Shown: positions 7,066 through 14,932 of the stretch, one piece after another
How the letters are laid out: every line of letters starts with the position of its first letter
How positions within the stretch are numbered: position 1 is the stretch's first letter
NCBI GenBank assembly: GCA_018830225.1
Contig: JAHJSS010000052.1
Location: 1 to 24,000, forward strand
Reading direction: 5' to 3'
Length of the DNA: 24,000 nucleotides
Source: Nanobdellota archaeon
Lineage (GTDB): Archaea; Nanobdellota; Nanobdellia; Woesearchaeales; UBA11576
Notes under the pieces: generated by a model
What the model saw: the letters and a program-made list of their open reading frames with translations, nothing else
The model's database searches: none
What the model was told of the DNA's origin: nothing
Made by a program: the position numbers and the translations under genes

Positions 7066-8110
7066 TTCTTCTATGATAAGCAATCTTTGCTTTTATTCTT
7101 TTCCGTTCTTTTGCTTCCTCTGATTCATTATCCTGCCATTTGTAAGCATAACACTGCACCGGGCAAGCTCCCAGATATTCGATGAACTTTGCACACTCAG
7201 ATTTTTTAATAGATAACATATATCCATATGAGCTATTGCGAATTCTGGGTCGTATGCTTACTTCTCTCTCAATAAGTGCCTTCAAGAATAGCAGATCTTC
7301 TAAAGGGAAATCATTAAGGCAGAGTAGTATTTCACGATAAAAATTGCCATCACCAAGATAGCATTGCAAAAGAAAATCAGGAGTGATTTGCAAATCTCTA
7401 GGAATCCTCTTTTTACCAGTCTTATACCAACGTTCCCTGAACAATTCAAATGTTTCATATCTATGAGTCTGCAAGAAGTTTTGCACATAGCCTTTATGCT
7501 TACACCTTTTATCAGCAGACCAAAAGGATAAAATAGGGCTACACTCAACACCAAGGGAGTACAGTCTTTTTAGAATATACTCAAGATAATCTCTATACTT
7601 GCAAGCTTGGGACAAGACTCGAGGTTTCACACCATTCTTTCGTAAAGGTATAGACGCATCACCCAACAGCAGACCGTCAATAAAAGCAAGGGCTTCAGGA
7701 GTGACTTCAAACTTTTTAGGCGGATAGTCGATATAAACCTGTTCTTTAGTTGTTCTTGTTCTTATTCTGTTAGTCCGAAAGTAGCGTCTAATAGTTCCAC
7801 TATCCACATTAAATTCTTTAGCAAGGTGGGAGATGCTTTTTTGTTTTAAAACATATTCCTGAATCAATTTCCTTTCTGCAAACAATTCAAGATACTTCGG
7901 CGTTCCACCTGGAGAGGATATAGCTGCCTGCTGTTTATGATTTCTTGGCTTGATTTCATACATCAAAAGGTATCGTCGGATAGTGGACCAATCTATTTTC
8001 AGTTCTTTTGCTAGACATTCTATTGACTTCTGCTTTAACAAATACTCTGTTTCAAGAAATTCTTTAGTTAAGATATCAAGATGTTTGAGACGATTTCGGA
8101 GATTTTTCAT
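7007..8110 (-). CDS. Free-standing double-motif LAGLIDADG homing endonuclease with two N-terminal HTH repeats
   Basis: LAGLIDADG motifs LAFIDGLLLGDASI and FLLQCYLGDGNF. Two tandem ~50-aa repeats (EYLLKQKSIECLAKELKIDWSTIRRY / EYVLKQKSISHLAKEFNVDSGTIRRY). The ORF is open to 8155, but the ATG at 8110 (MKNLRNR) follows AT-rich TATA-like sequence. The 3' end overlaps the PE gene start by 59 nt in another frame. Confidence 0.85.
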   Translation of the reverse strand: MKNLRNRLKHLDILTKEFLETEYLLKQKSIECLAKELKIDWSTIRRYLLMYEIKPRNHKQQAAISSPGGTPKYLELFAERKLIQEYVLKQKSISHLAKEFNVDSGTIRRYFRTNRIRTRTTKEQVYIDYPPKKFEVTPEALAFIDGLLLGDASIPLRKNGVKPRVLSQACKYRDYLEYILKRLYSLGVECSPILSFWSADKRCKHKGYVQNFLQTHRYETFELFRERWYKTGKKRIPRDLQITPDFLLQCYLGDGNFYREILLCLNDFPLEDLLFLKALIEREVSIRPRIRNSSYGYMLSIKKSECAKFIEYLGACPVQCYAYKWQDNESEEAKERKRIKAKIAYHRRNGKVSNICGSVSRIEKTTL

Positions 8111-8160
8111 GATTCTTATAAAAAATAATAAGTTGAAGTTACATATATATTTCACGTTGG
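7084..8160 (-). mobile_element. AT-rich island consisting only of the LAGLIDADG gene
   Basis: By eye the composition drops from roughly half GC in the flanks to about one-third GC across this interval (not computed). Boundaries coincide with the endonuclease gene. No terminal repeats were recognised. Confidence 0.5.
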
Positions 8161-8165
8161 TGGTT

Positions 8166-8179
8166 GTCCAGTGTCCAGT
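8166..8179. repeat. Tandem 7-mer GTCCAGT x2 at the upstream edge of the AT-rich island
   Basis: GTCCAGTGTCCAGT read directly from the sequence. Confidence 0.6.
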
Positions 8180-8289
8180 GAGACAAGAGGTTCCGGCCGC
8201 GAAAAGTTTCCGTCTTTAACGCAACAAGTGAGAAAGATTTAAATAAGTTGAACACTTAATGATGACAATCAAACAAAGAGGGTGTTAAA

Positions 8290-8538
8290 ATGCCTGAGAA
8301 ACAAATAGGTAAGGTCACGCATTTCTTCGATAAGATAAGCGTTGCTGTCCTGCACCTCAATGGTACGCTGAAGGCCGGTGACAAGATAAGGATCGAGGCC
8401 TCTGAACCGTTCGTGCAGACAGTCACATCGATGCAGGTCGAGCACAAGCCCATCAAGGAGGCCAAGGCAGGCGATGATGTCGGTATGAAGACAGATAAAC
8501 CCTGCAAGGAAGGGGATAAGGTAGTCAAGCTGACTTAA
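8290..8538 (+). CDS. Small EF-Tu domain-2-like beta-barrel protein (translation elongation factor-like)
   Basis: 82-aa ORF with the G.V.HFF.K..VAV..L...L..GD.I.I pattern of stand-alone EF-Tu-D2-like proteins. SD GAGGGTG lies 6 nt upstream and TTTAAATA at 8239-8246. Confidence 0.6.
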   Translation: MPEKQIGKVTHFFDKISVAVLHLNGTLKAGDKIRIEASEPFVQTVTSMQVEHKPIKEAKAGDDVGMKTDKPCKEGDKVVKLT

Positions 8539-8574
8539 TGAGTTTTGTTTTTTAATATATTACTAAAGAAAGAG

Positions 8575-9969
8575 TTACTTGAACACCATCTTCTTGCCGC
8601 CTTTCATTCCAGGCATGCCTTTGCCGCCGCCCATGCGTTTCATCATCTTTTCCATCTGCTGCGGCGAGCCGCCTCCCACTCCCTTGAGGGATTTCATGAG
8701 CTTCTTGCTCTGCTTGTATTGCTTCAGCAGCTCTCTTACCTCGTTGGGGTTCACGCCCGCTCCCTTCGCTATCCTGTCTACGCGCTGGGCGTTCATGACC
8801 TCGTCAGGATCCTCAAGCTCGTCTTTGGTGCATGAGTCGAGTATGAATTTCCATTTCTTGAGCTTCTCTTCCTGGACCTGCAATGCCTCCTTAGGCAGTT
8901 TCATCTGGCCGAAGCCAGGTATCATCTCCATGACCTTGCCTATCGGCCCCATCTTCTTCATCGCCTGCATCTGGTCATACAGGTCAATCAGATTGAATTC
9001 GCCTTTGAGCAGTTTCTTGCCGAGGTCCTGCGCCTCTTCTTCTGTTATCGCCTCACGTGCCTTCTCGAGCAGGCCTTCGAGGTCGCCCATGCCGAGCATC
9101 TTGCCGACGAAGCGTTCAGGCGAGTAAACTTCCAGGTCGTCTATCTTCTCGCCTATGCCTATGAACTTGACCTTTGCCCCTGTCACTGAGCAGGCTATGA
9201 GCGCTCCGCCGCCTTTTGCAGTGCCTTCGAGCTTTGTGATGATCACGCCAGTCACGTTGCAGGTGTCGTGGAATGTCTTTGCCTGCCTCTCTGCTGCCTG
9301 GCCTACGTCGCCTCCGATCACGAGCAGCCTCTCGTCTGCCTGCACTGCCTTGTTTATCTTGTTCAGCTCGTCGATCAATTCGTCAGAAAGCGCGTCCCTT
9401 CCTGCAGTGTCGATGATGACGATGTCAAACTCCTTGAGCCTTGGCTCGGATTCCTTGTAGATGTCGACAGGGTGTTTCGCTTTCGGGTTGCCGAACACAG
9501 GCACATTTATCTTGCTGCCCAGCTGCTTGAGCTGCTCAAATGCAGCAGGCCTCCAGGTATCTGTTGACATCACTGCCACTTTGTGCCCACGCTTCTGGTA
9601 GTACTTCGCCAGTTTGGCTGTGGTCGTGGTCTTTCCATGACCGAACAGCCCGACAAGCATTATCTTTGTGGGCTTCTTTTTGATCTCGATAGGCGATTCT
9701 TTCTCTCCGAGGAACCTGACCAGCTCTTCATACACTATCTTTATCAGGAATTCCTTCTTGGTGAGGCCTGCCGGCGCCTCTTCCTTGAGCAGCCTTTCCT
9801 TTATCTGCTTGGTCAGGTCAAAGACCATCTTGACATTCACGTCTGACTGCAGCAGCGCCCTCTGTATGTCCTTGACCAGCTCGTTTATGAGTTTTTCATC
9901 TACAAAAACCGCCCTGCTTATCTTCTGCAGGGTGTCCCTCAATGAGTTTCCTAGCTTCTCGAGCACCAT
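8575..9969 (-). CDS. srp54: Signal recognition particle protein SRP54
   Basis: N domain, then G domain (GLFGHGKTTT, DTAGR, TKLEG), then Met-rich M domain and a GGKGMPGMKGG tail. Confidence 0.95.
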   Translation of the reverse strand: MVLEKLGNSLRDTLQKISRAVFVDEKLINELVKDIQRALLQSDVNVKMVFDLTKQIKERLLKEEAPAGLTKKEFLIKIVYEELVRFLGEKESPIEIKKKPTKIMLVGLFGHGKTTTTAKLAKYYQKRGHKVAVMSTDTWRPAAFEQLKQLGSKINVPVFGNPKAKHPVDIYKESEPRLKEFDIVIIDTAGRDALSDELIDELNKINKAVQADERLLVIGGDVGQAAERQAKTFHDTCNVTGVIITKLEGTAKGGGALIACSVTGAKVKFIGIGEKIDDLEVYSPERFVGKMLGMGDLEGLLEKAREAITEEEAQDLGKKLLKGEFNLIDLYDQMQAMKKMGPIGKVMEMIPGFGQMKLPKEALQVQEEKLKKWKFILDSCTKDELEDPDEVMNAQRVDRIAKGAGVNPNEVRELLKQYKQSKKLMKSLKGVGGGSPQQMEKMMKRMGGGKGMPGMKGGKKMVFK

Positions 9970-9991
9970 GTCGATGGCTAATCCCTATACA

Positions 9992-9999
9992 TTTATAAA
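9992..9999 (-). promoter_or_regulatory. TATA box (TTTATAAA) for SRP54, leaderless spacing
   Basis: Lies 23 nt upstream of the minus-strand ATG at 9969. Confidence 0.5.
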
Positions 10000-10037
10000 G
10001 CTTATTGAGGGTTCACATGCCCGCCCACACCACAACA

Positions 10038-10045
10038 TTTATAAA
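10038..10045 (+). promoter_or_regulatory. TATA box (TTTATAAA) for the ABC ATPase gene, leaderless spacing
   Basis: Ends 26 nt upstream of the ATG at 10071. Confidence 0.5.
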
Positions 10046-10070
10046 TTCCAATCCTGTGTTTTTAAGCAAC

Positions 10071-11135
10071 ATGGTTGGTAAAAAAGAGGTGAATAGTGGT
10101 AATTCTAGTCCTGTTTCTGAAATCCTGAAGAGTCCCTCTTCTCAGAAGAACCAGCCGTTGATAATGATTAAAGGCCTGTCCAAGAGCTACCGCAAGAAGC
10201 TTGTGCTGAAGGATGTCAATTTCGAGATATATTCTGGCGACATATTCGGGATAATAGGGATGAGCGGTTCGGGCAAGACAACCATGTTCCAGCTCATGTC
10301 TGGCATCGCAAAGGCGCAGTCAGGGGATGTCCTTGTGAAGAGCGAGTTGCTCATCCCGAACAGGAAGAGGAATGTGCCTGATTATGTGTCTGTCTTCAAC
10401 AACACAGGGAGCGTGAGGAGGAACTTCGGCTTCGCTTCACAGATACCTTCTTTTTACGAGCACCTGACTGTAGAGGAGAATATCCTGATGTACGGCTCGC
10501 TGTACGGCCTGGCGAAGAAGAAAGTGAAAGAGAACATGACCAGGCTCCTGAGGCTTGTCGACCTCTCTGCCGAGAAGGACACTGTAGCTTCAGAGCTTTC
10601 AGGCGGCATGCAGCGCAGGCTTGACATAGCCTGCTCGATGATACATGATCCCAAGGTGCTCTTCCTTGACGAGCCCACATCAGACCTTGATCCTGTGATG
10701 AGGAAGCAGATATGGTCGCTGATAAAGGAGATAAACGGCAAGGGGACGACCATCGTCCTTTCGTCGCACATCCTCGAGGAGGTCGAGCATCTCTGCACCA
10801 AGGTCGCGATACTCCATGACAGGCGCGTGCTCGGCTACGGCACGCTCAAGGAGCTGAAGAGGCTGTTCGAGAGGAACAGGCAGGTCAAGGTGGAGCTCGA
10901 GAGAGGCGATTACGATGACCTGGTAAGGAAGCTGAAGAAGGTCAAAGGCGTGGAAAAGGTCGTGAAGAAGGACAACAGGCTCGTCGTGGTCATCCCTGCA
11001 GATGACCGGGTGGTCAGGCACGTGATCAGGGCGGTGGAGTCCAGCAAGGACAGGCTCGTGAGCCTTGATGTCTCGGACGCCACGCTTGATGAGATATTCG
11101 AGGCATTGACAAGGAAATCTGAGAAGGTGGAATGA
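10071..11135 (+). CDS. ABC transporter ATP-binding protein (ABC-2 type exporter)
   Basis: Walker A GMSGSGKTT, signature LSGGMQRR, Walker B LFLDEPTSDLD and H-loop SSH. The track ORF starts at 10005, but that start overlaps the TATA box, so the ATG at 10071 is preferred. Confidence 0.9.
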   Translation: MVGKKEVNSGNSSPVSEILKSPSSQKNQPLIMIKGLSKSYRKKLVLKDVNFEIYSGDIFGIIGMSGSGKTTMFQLMSGIAKAQSGDVLVKSELLIPNRKRNVPDYVSVFNNTGSVRRNFGFASQIPSFYEHLTVEENILMYGSLYGLAKKKVKENMTRLLRLVDLSAEKDTVASELSGGMQRRLDIACSMIHDPKVLFLDEPTSDLDPVMRKQIWSLIKEINGKGTTIVLSSHILEEVEHLCTKVAILHDRRVLGYGTLKELKRLFERNRQVKVELERGDYDDLVRKLKKVKGVEKVVKKDNRLVVVIPADDRVVRHVIRAVESSKDRLVSLDVSDATLDEIFEALTRKSEKVE

Positions 11136-11139
11136 TCAT

Positions 11140-13035
11140 ATGATAAAGCTTTTCGAGCTGATAAAGAAGAACTTCAAGCTGCTGGTGAGGTCCAAGGCCT
11201 CGTCGCTGGTGATATTCATAGGGCCGCTGCTGCTGGTATCGCTGCTCGGTCTCGCGTACAGCCAGTCGAGCTCTTTCGCGCTCAGCGCCTCTGTCTATTC
11301 TGACTCATACACCGAGCTGACCGAGTCGCTCATCACCAAGATGACGAACCAGAACTTCCTTGTCACGCGGCAGGGCTCTGTCGATGACTGCGTGGGCTCT
11401 GTCAAGCGCAAGGAGTCGCAGGCCTGCGTGGTGTTCCCGCCGGGCATGGCGGTCAGTGACAGCGGCACGAACGAGATAACATTCTATGTCGACTATTCGC
11501 AGATAAACCTCGTCTGGCTGATGCTTGACGTGATGTCCGCAAGAGTGTCTGAACGCTCAACAGAGATATCAAAGGAGCTGACCTCTGACCTCCTCAGCAG
11601 GATGCTGTTCGTCGAGGACAAGATAAAATCAGGCCAGGCGAGGCTGGACATGATGAGCGCTGAGAGCAGCCTGGTGAAGGATGCCAGCTCCAGCATGCAA
11701 TCAGGATTCCAGAAGCTCGACATATCCGTGAACTTCAACGGCCTTGATGTGGAGGGCTCAAGGTCTCTCAGCGAGAACATATCCTCATTGGTGTCTGACA
11801 TTAGGAGCAGGGTCGCTGAACTTGGGAATGAGACAGAGAGCCCAATAAGCAGCATCGAGAGCTCAGTGACAGCGGTCAAGGCAGAGGTCAATGACTCTGC
11901 GCTGACCGAAGAGCTGGACGATATCGACGATGCCGCTGACGACATAGAAGAGGCTATAGGCAATGCCACTGAAGCAGTGGAAATCTATGCGGATAATGCC
12001 TCTGCGATGATCGCGAGCGTGAAGTCATCTCTTGAACTCATCAGCCAGAGGCTGTCTGAGACCAATGCGAAGATAAGCGACGTGAAGAAGCAGAGGGATG
12101 ACCTCCTTCCGCAGTTCGACAGCATAGGCTCCCAGATCGACAGCATGATGGGCAGTGTCAACCAGCTCAGGGGGACGCTTGACGAGGCATTGCAGAAGGT
12201 CGCTGCTGCGAGCGGGAAGAGCGCGGACAGCATCGCGGCGCCCATCACCACAAGGATAGAGCCGATTTCGACGCAGAAGACGCATTTCAACTCATTGTTC
12301 CCCACTCTCCTGGTCCTCGTCATCATGATCACGGGCATCCTGCTTGCCGCGACGCTGACCATCGTCGAGAAGAAGTCGAAGGCGTTCTTCAGGAACAGCA
12401 TAGCACCCACTTCCCATGTGGTGTTCAGCCTTTCGACATACCTCACCTCGCTGATAGTGCTGTTCATCCAGCTGCTGCTGTTCGTGAGCGTCAGCGCGTT
12501 CTTCTTCGAGACAGATGTCCTGGCGTCCATCTGGCTCATACTGCTCATCGTATTCCTGGCCTCGACAGTGTTTGTTTTCATCGGCATGCTTGTCGGTTTC
12601 ATCTTCAGGACAGAGGAAACTGTCAACCTCGCGGCGATAACATTGGTCGCGGTGTTCATGCTGTTCTCGAGCGCGGTGATCCCGCTGGAAAGCCTTCCTT
12701 CTTACATGAAGGATATTGCGATGCTGAACCCGTTTGTTGTCAGCGAGCTTGCGCTCAGGCAGGCAGTGATATTCCAGTTCGGCCTCTCGAAGGCATTGTA
12801 CGGGCTGGGCATCCTTGCGGCATATTCCGCTGCGTTGTTTGTTGTCCTGTTCCTTCTCCAGCAGGCTTTCAGGAAGCTGTCTTTTGTCCACTTTGAGAAT
12901 GTGCATCTGGGCAGGGCGATCGTAAAGGAGAAGAAAGCGCAGGCGGCAATAGCGAAACCTGCCATTGCAAAGCTTTCAGAGCCTATAAAGCATGATTCCA
13001 AGGAAACGGATGCGAAAGCTGAGAAGAAAGAATAG
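11140..13035 (+). CDS. ABC-2 family permease with a ~350-aa extracytoplasmic Ser/Asp/Glu-rich helical domain (YhgE/Pip-like architecture)
   Basis: One N-terminal TM helix, a long low-complexity helical ectodomain, then five C-terminal TM helices typical of ABC-2 permeases. Starts 4 nt after the ATPase stop. Lys-rich C-terminal tail. Confidence 0.8.
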   Translation: MIKLFELIKKNFKLLVRSKASSLVIFIGPLLLVSLLGLAYSQSSSFALSASVYSDSYTELTESLITKMTNQNFLVTRQGSVDDCVGSVKRKESQACVVFPPGMAVSDSGTNEITFYVDYSQINLVWLMLDVMSARVSERSTEISKELTSDLLSRMLFVEDKIKSGQARLDMMSAESSLVKDASSSMQSGFQKLDISVNFNGLDVEGSRSLSENISSLVSDIRSRVAELGNETESPISSIESSVTAVKAEVNDSALTEELDDIDDAADDIEEAIGNATEAVEIYADNASAMIASVKSSLELISQRLSETNAKISDVKKQRDDLLPQFDSIGSQIDSMMGSVNQLRGTLDEALQKVAAASGKSADSIAAPITTRIEPISTQKTHFNSLFPTLLVLVIMITGILLAATLTIVEKKSKAFFRNSIAPTSHVVFSLSTYLTSLIVLFIQLLLFVSVSAFFFETDVLASIWLILLIVFLASTVFVFIGMLVGFIFRTEETVNLAAITLVAVFMLFSSAVIPLESLPSYMKDIAMLNPFVVSELALRQAVIFQFGLSKALYGLGILAAYSAALFVVLFLLQQAFRKLSFVHFENVHLGRAIVKEKKAQAAIAKPAIAKLSEPIKHDSKETDAKAEKKE

Positions 13036-13249
13036 GCAGGTGCCGGGTAATTTCTTTTTTTGGCCAGCTTGTTTGTCTATACTTTTTTTGTCTATAATAT
13101 GGTTTATTCATTATTGGCCAGGGTTCAGGATTCTTCGTTTTTCTGGGACATAATTGCCAAATGATTTATTTTATGCAGGCATTTTTTGGGATTTGTAAAA
13201 ACAAAAGTGAAAGTTCTTATATACCTCTGATGCGTTAATTACATTTGGT

Positions 13250-13545
13250 ATCATAACTATAGCTATACTGTTCATAGCAGACCCTACATAGGGTTATCTG
13301 ATTCGGGGAGCTTAGGAATTTGTTGAAATTTCACGCTCCTTCGGAGATAGCTCGATGTCAGGGGTTGTCTTGTAAAGGACAACCTCCTGACCTTTATGCT
13401 CCGGAGGGATACGGGGCAGTTCAGGGGGTCGGTGTAAGTTAGTGAGTAGTTTTTGATGGTAAATCTACAGACTTGCTAGCGTTCTTTTGTCCACAAAAAG
13501 GAGGTAGCGCTAGCTCCGGAGAGAAAATATCCGAGGTGTTTAGGT
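13250..13545 (+). promoter_or_regulatory. Long structured 5' leader (or independent ncRNA) upstream of the orphan ORF
   Basis: Stem-loops at 13307-13339 (5 bp outer plus 7 bp inner, GUUG loop), 13357-13391 (13 bp with one bulge) and 13475-13514 (GCTAGCG/CGCTAGC enclosing CTTTTG/CAAAAG). G-U pairs occur only when read on the plus strand. TATA-like CTTATATA lies at 13216-13223. The 5' boundary is uncertain. Confidence 0.4.
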
Positions 13546-14904
13546 ATGGAGATGCGAGGCATGCAAACGAATAATGTGCGAGCTACTTCTGAAGGGATAG
13601 GCCGGTATCTGCCGAGAGAGGACTGGATTCTCGAAGGGATGCATTTAGGGAGACCGCGGGCGACTTGCGCGGATCCGCGTGATGCAGTAAGGATAAAGGC
13701 ATTGGTCCCAGGCTACTGCAGGGACGACACGCCGGTCTTCAGCATGAGGGATGGCGAGGTATACAGGATGCTCGGGAACGTGGCCAGCGTCGCCGCAGAC
13801 CAATCAGTCAGGGAAGTTTCCTACGACAGATCTGAGATATCAGACATCGTGGCAGGGTCTGCAGAAGAGCCTGTGGTGCTGGGCGGTGATGACATAGTCG
13901 ATGTCCTGGGCGAGAATGATCCGAAGGAGAAGACCGACAGGTTCAACGAGTCTGCGATGTTCAGCAGTATATTCGCTGACAGGTATGAGCTCGGCTTGAG
14001 CATCGACTACTTCAAGAGGACCAGCAGGAAAGGAGAGGTCCGGCATGACTTCCGCTATAGGAGGAGGCAGAAGGAGGGTGTCGCGGGCGGATGGGTCTCT
14101 AGGGGATATGTCCATGAGGCGGTCTCTGCGCTCAGGCAGTACGACGAGCTTGTCAAGAGCGACAACACTAGTGATCTGAAGAAAGCCGCAGTTATTGCAG
14201 TGAAGTATTTCACAAAGGAAGCAAAAGCTGATGCCAAGTCCAGGATTGCGAAGCGTTACAGCGAGATTCTCGTGGATAAGGGCGACTGGCAGAGCCTGCG
14301 CAAGGCAAAGGAGGTTGTGAACAGACACGTGAAAGAGGGCTCCCGCGAGGAATCCCTTTCTGTCGTCGAGTTCTGCATGGAGAAGGAAGCCATTGAGATC
14401 AGCGGCTGGGCTGCCTCGCGCGAGGTGGACTACAACACGGCTGTCCAGGCTTACGCGTTCCTTGTGAAGACAGGGAAGCCTTCGAATGTCATGAAGGCGA
14501 TAGGTATAGCTCAGGTCTATGTGCCTCAGGCAGTGGATGCCACAGCCAATTACCTGCAGAAGATTGCATGGGGGCTGTATGACCAGAACGGCAGGGTAGT
14601 CTCTGCTGACGGAAAGGAAGAGCCGACAAGGCAGGTCAAGGTCATCCCGCAGCTGCCTCCGCATCCATCTCCGCCGGATATGTATGCGGATGTCCCTGAT
14701 TCAGGGGTGTACAGGAAGGGAGAATACGGTGCTAAGGTCTCAGATGGAGTTCCGATGAGTTCAAGGAGCACGCCTCCGCCCCTGCCTAATGCAGCGAGGA
14801 TAAGGCGTGTCCAGAGGCCGTCACCGGTGCCTAAGCTGCCGCCGAGGCCTCCCTTGCCCAGGCCGATACTTCCCGTTTATGGAGCGGCAGCCATGTCAGC
14901 TTGA
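13546..14904 (+). CDS. Orphan 452-aa protein with a proline-rich C-terminal tail; no family recognised
   Basis: Long ORF with SD GAGGTG 7 nt upstream of the ATG. No TM helix or signal peptide seen. Predicted helical middle region. 21 of the last 84 residues are Pro (PPPLP, LPPRPPLPRP). Confidence 0.75.
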   Translation: MEMRGMQTNNVRATSEGIGRYLPREDWILEGMHLGRPRATCADPRDAVRIKALVPGYCRDDTPVFSMRDGEVYRMLGNVASVAADQSVREVSYDRSEISDIVAGSAEEPVVLGGDDIVDVLGENDPKEKTDRFNESAMFSSIFADRYELGLSIDYFKRTSRKGEVRHDFRYRRRQKEGVAGGWVSRGYVHEAVSALRQYDELVKSDNTSDLKKAAVIAVKYFTKEAKADAKSRIAKRYSEILVDKGDWQSLRKAKEVVNRHVKEGSREESLSVVEFCMEKEAIEISGWAASREVDYNTAVQAYAFLVKTGKPSNVMKAIGIAQVYVPQAVDATANYLQKIAWGLYDQNGRVVSADGKEEPTRQVKVIPQLPPHPSPPDMYADVPDSGVYRKGEYGAKVSDGVPMSSRSTPPPLPNAARIRRVQRPSPVPKLPPRPPLPRPILPVYGAAAMSA

Positions 14905-14932
14905 GGCATCGCGATCTTTGATATTTAATTTT

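Noticed and set aside
7066-7083. TTG start at 7083 for the PE gene
   Set aside because: The conserved PE-domain sequence begins right after the ATG at 7065. The TTG extension (MLIIEE) lies in the AT-rich island boundary and has no SD.
10005-10070. Longer N-terminus for the ABC ATPase (track start at 10005)
   Set aside because: It would place the TATA octamer (10038-10045) inside the coding region. The extra residues (MRVHMPAHTTTFINSNPVFLSN) look like translated promoter sequence. The ATG at 10071 has ideal leaderless spacing.
13036-13250. Short ORFs (21-25 aa) and small repeats (TGTCTATA x2, GGCCAG x2) in the AT-rich spacer after the ABC operon
   Set aside because: No SD or conserved-looking peptide is present. 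The T-tracts and AT-richness are adequately explained as terminator plus promoter spacer.
13840-14664. 274-aa antisense ORF inside the orphan gene, and similar long antisense ORFs elsewhere (for example 11985..12659, 12292..12906, 4865..5467, 17932..18771, 15942..16517, 8579..9127)
   Set aside because: All lie opposite genes with clear family motifs or better start signals. Their translations are Ser/Leu/Arg-rich shadow sequences typical of the complementary frame of coding DNA. The case at 13840..14664 is least certain because the sense gene is itself an orphan.
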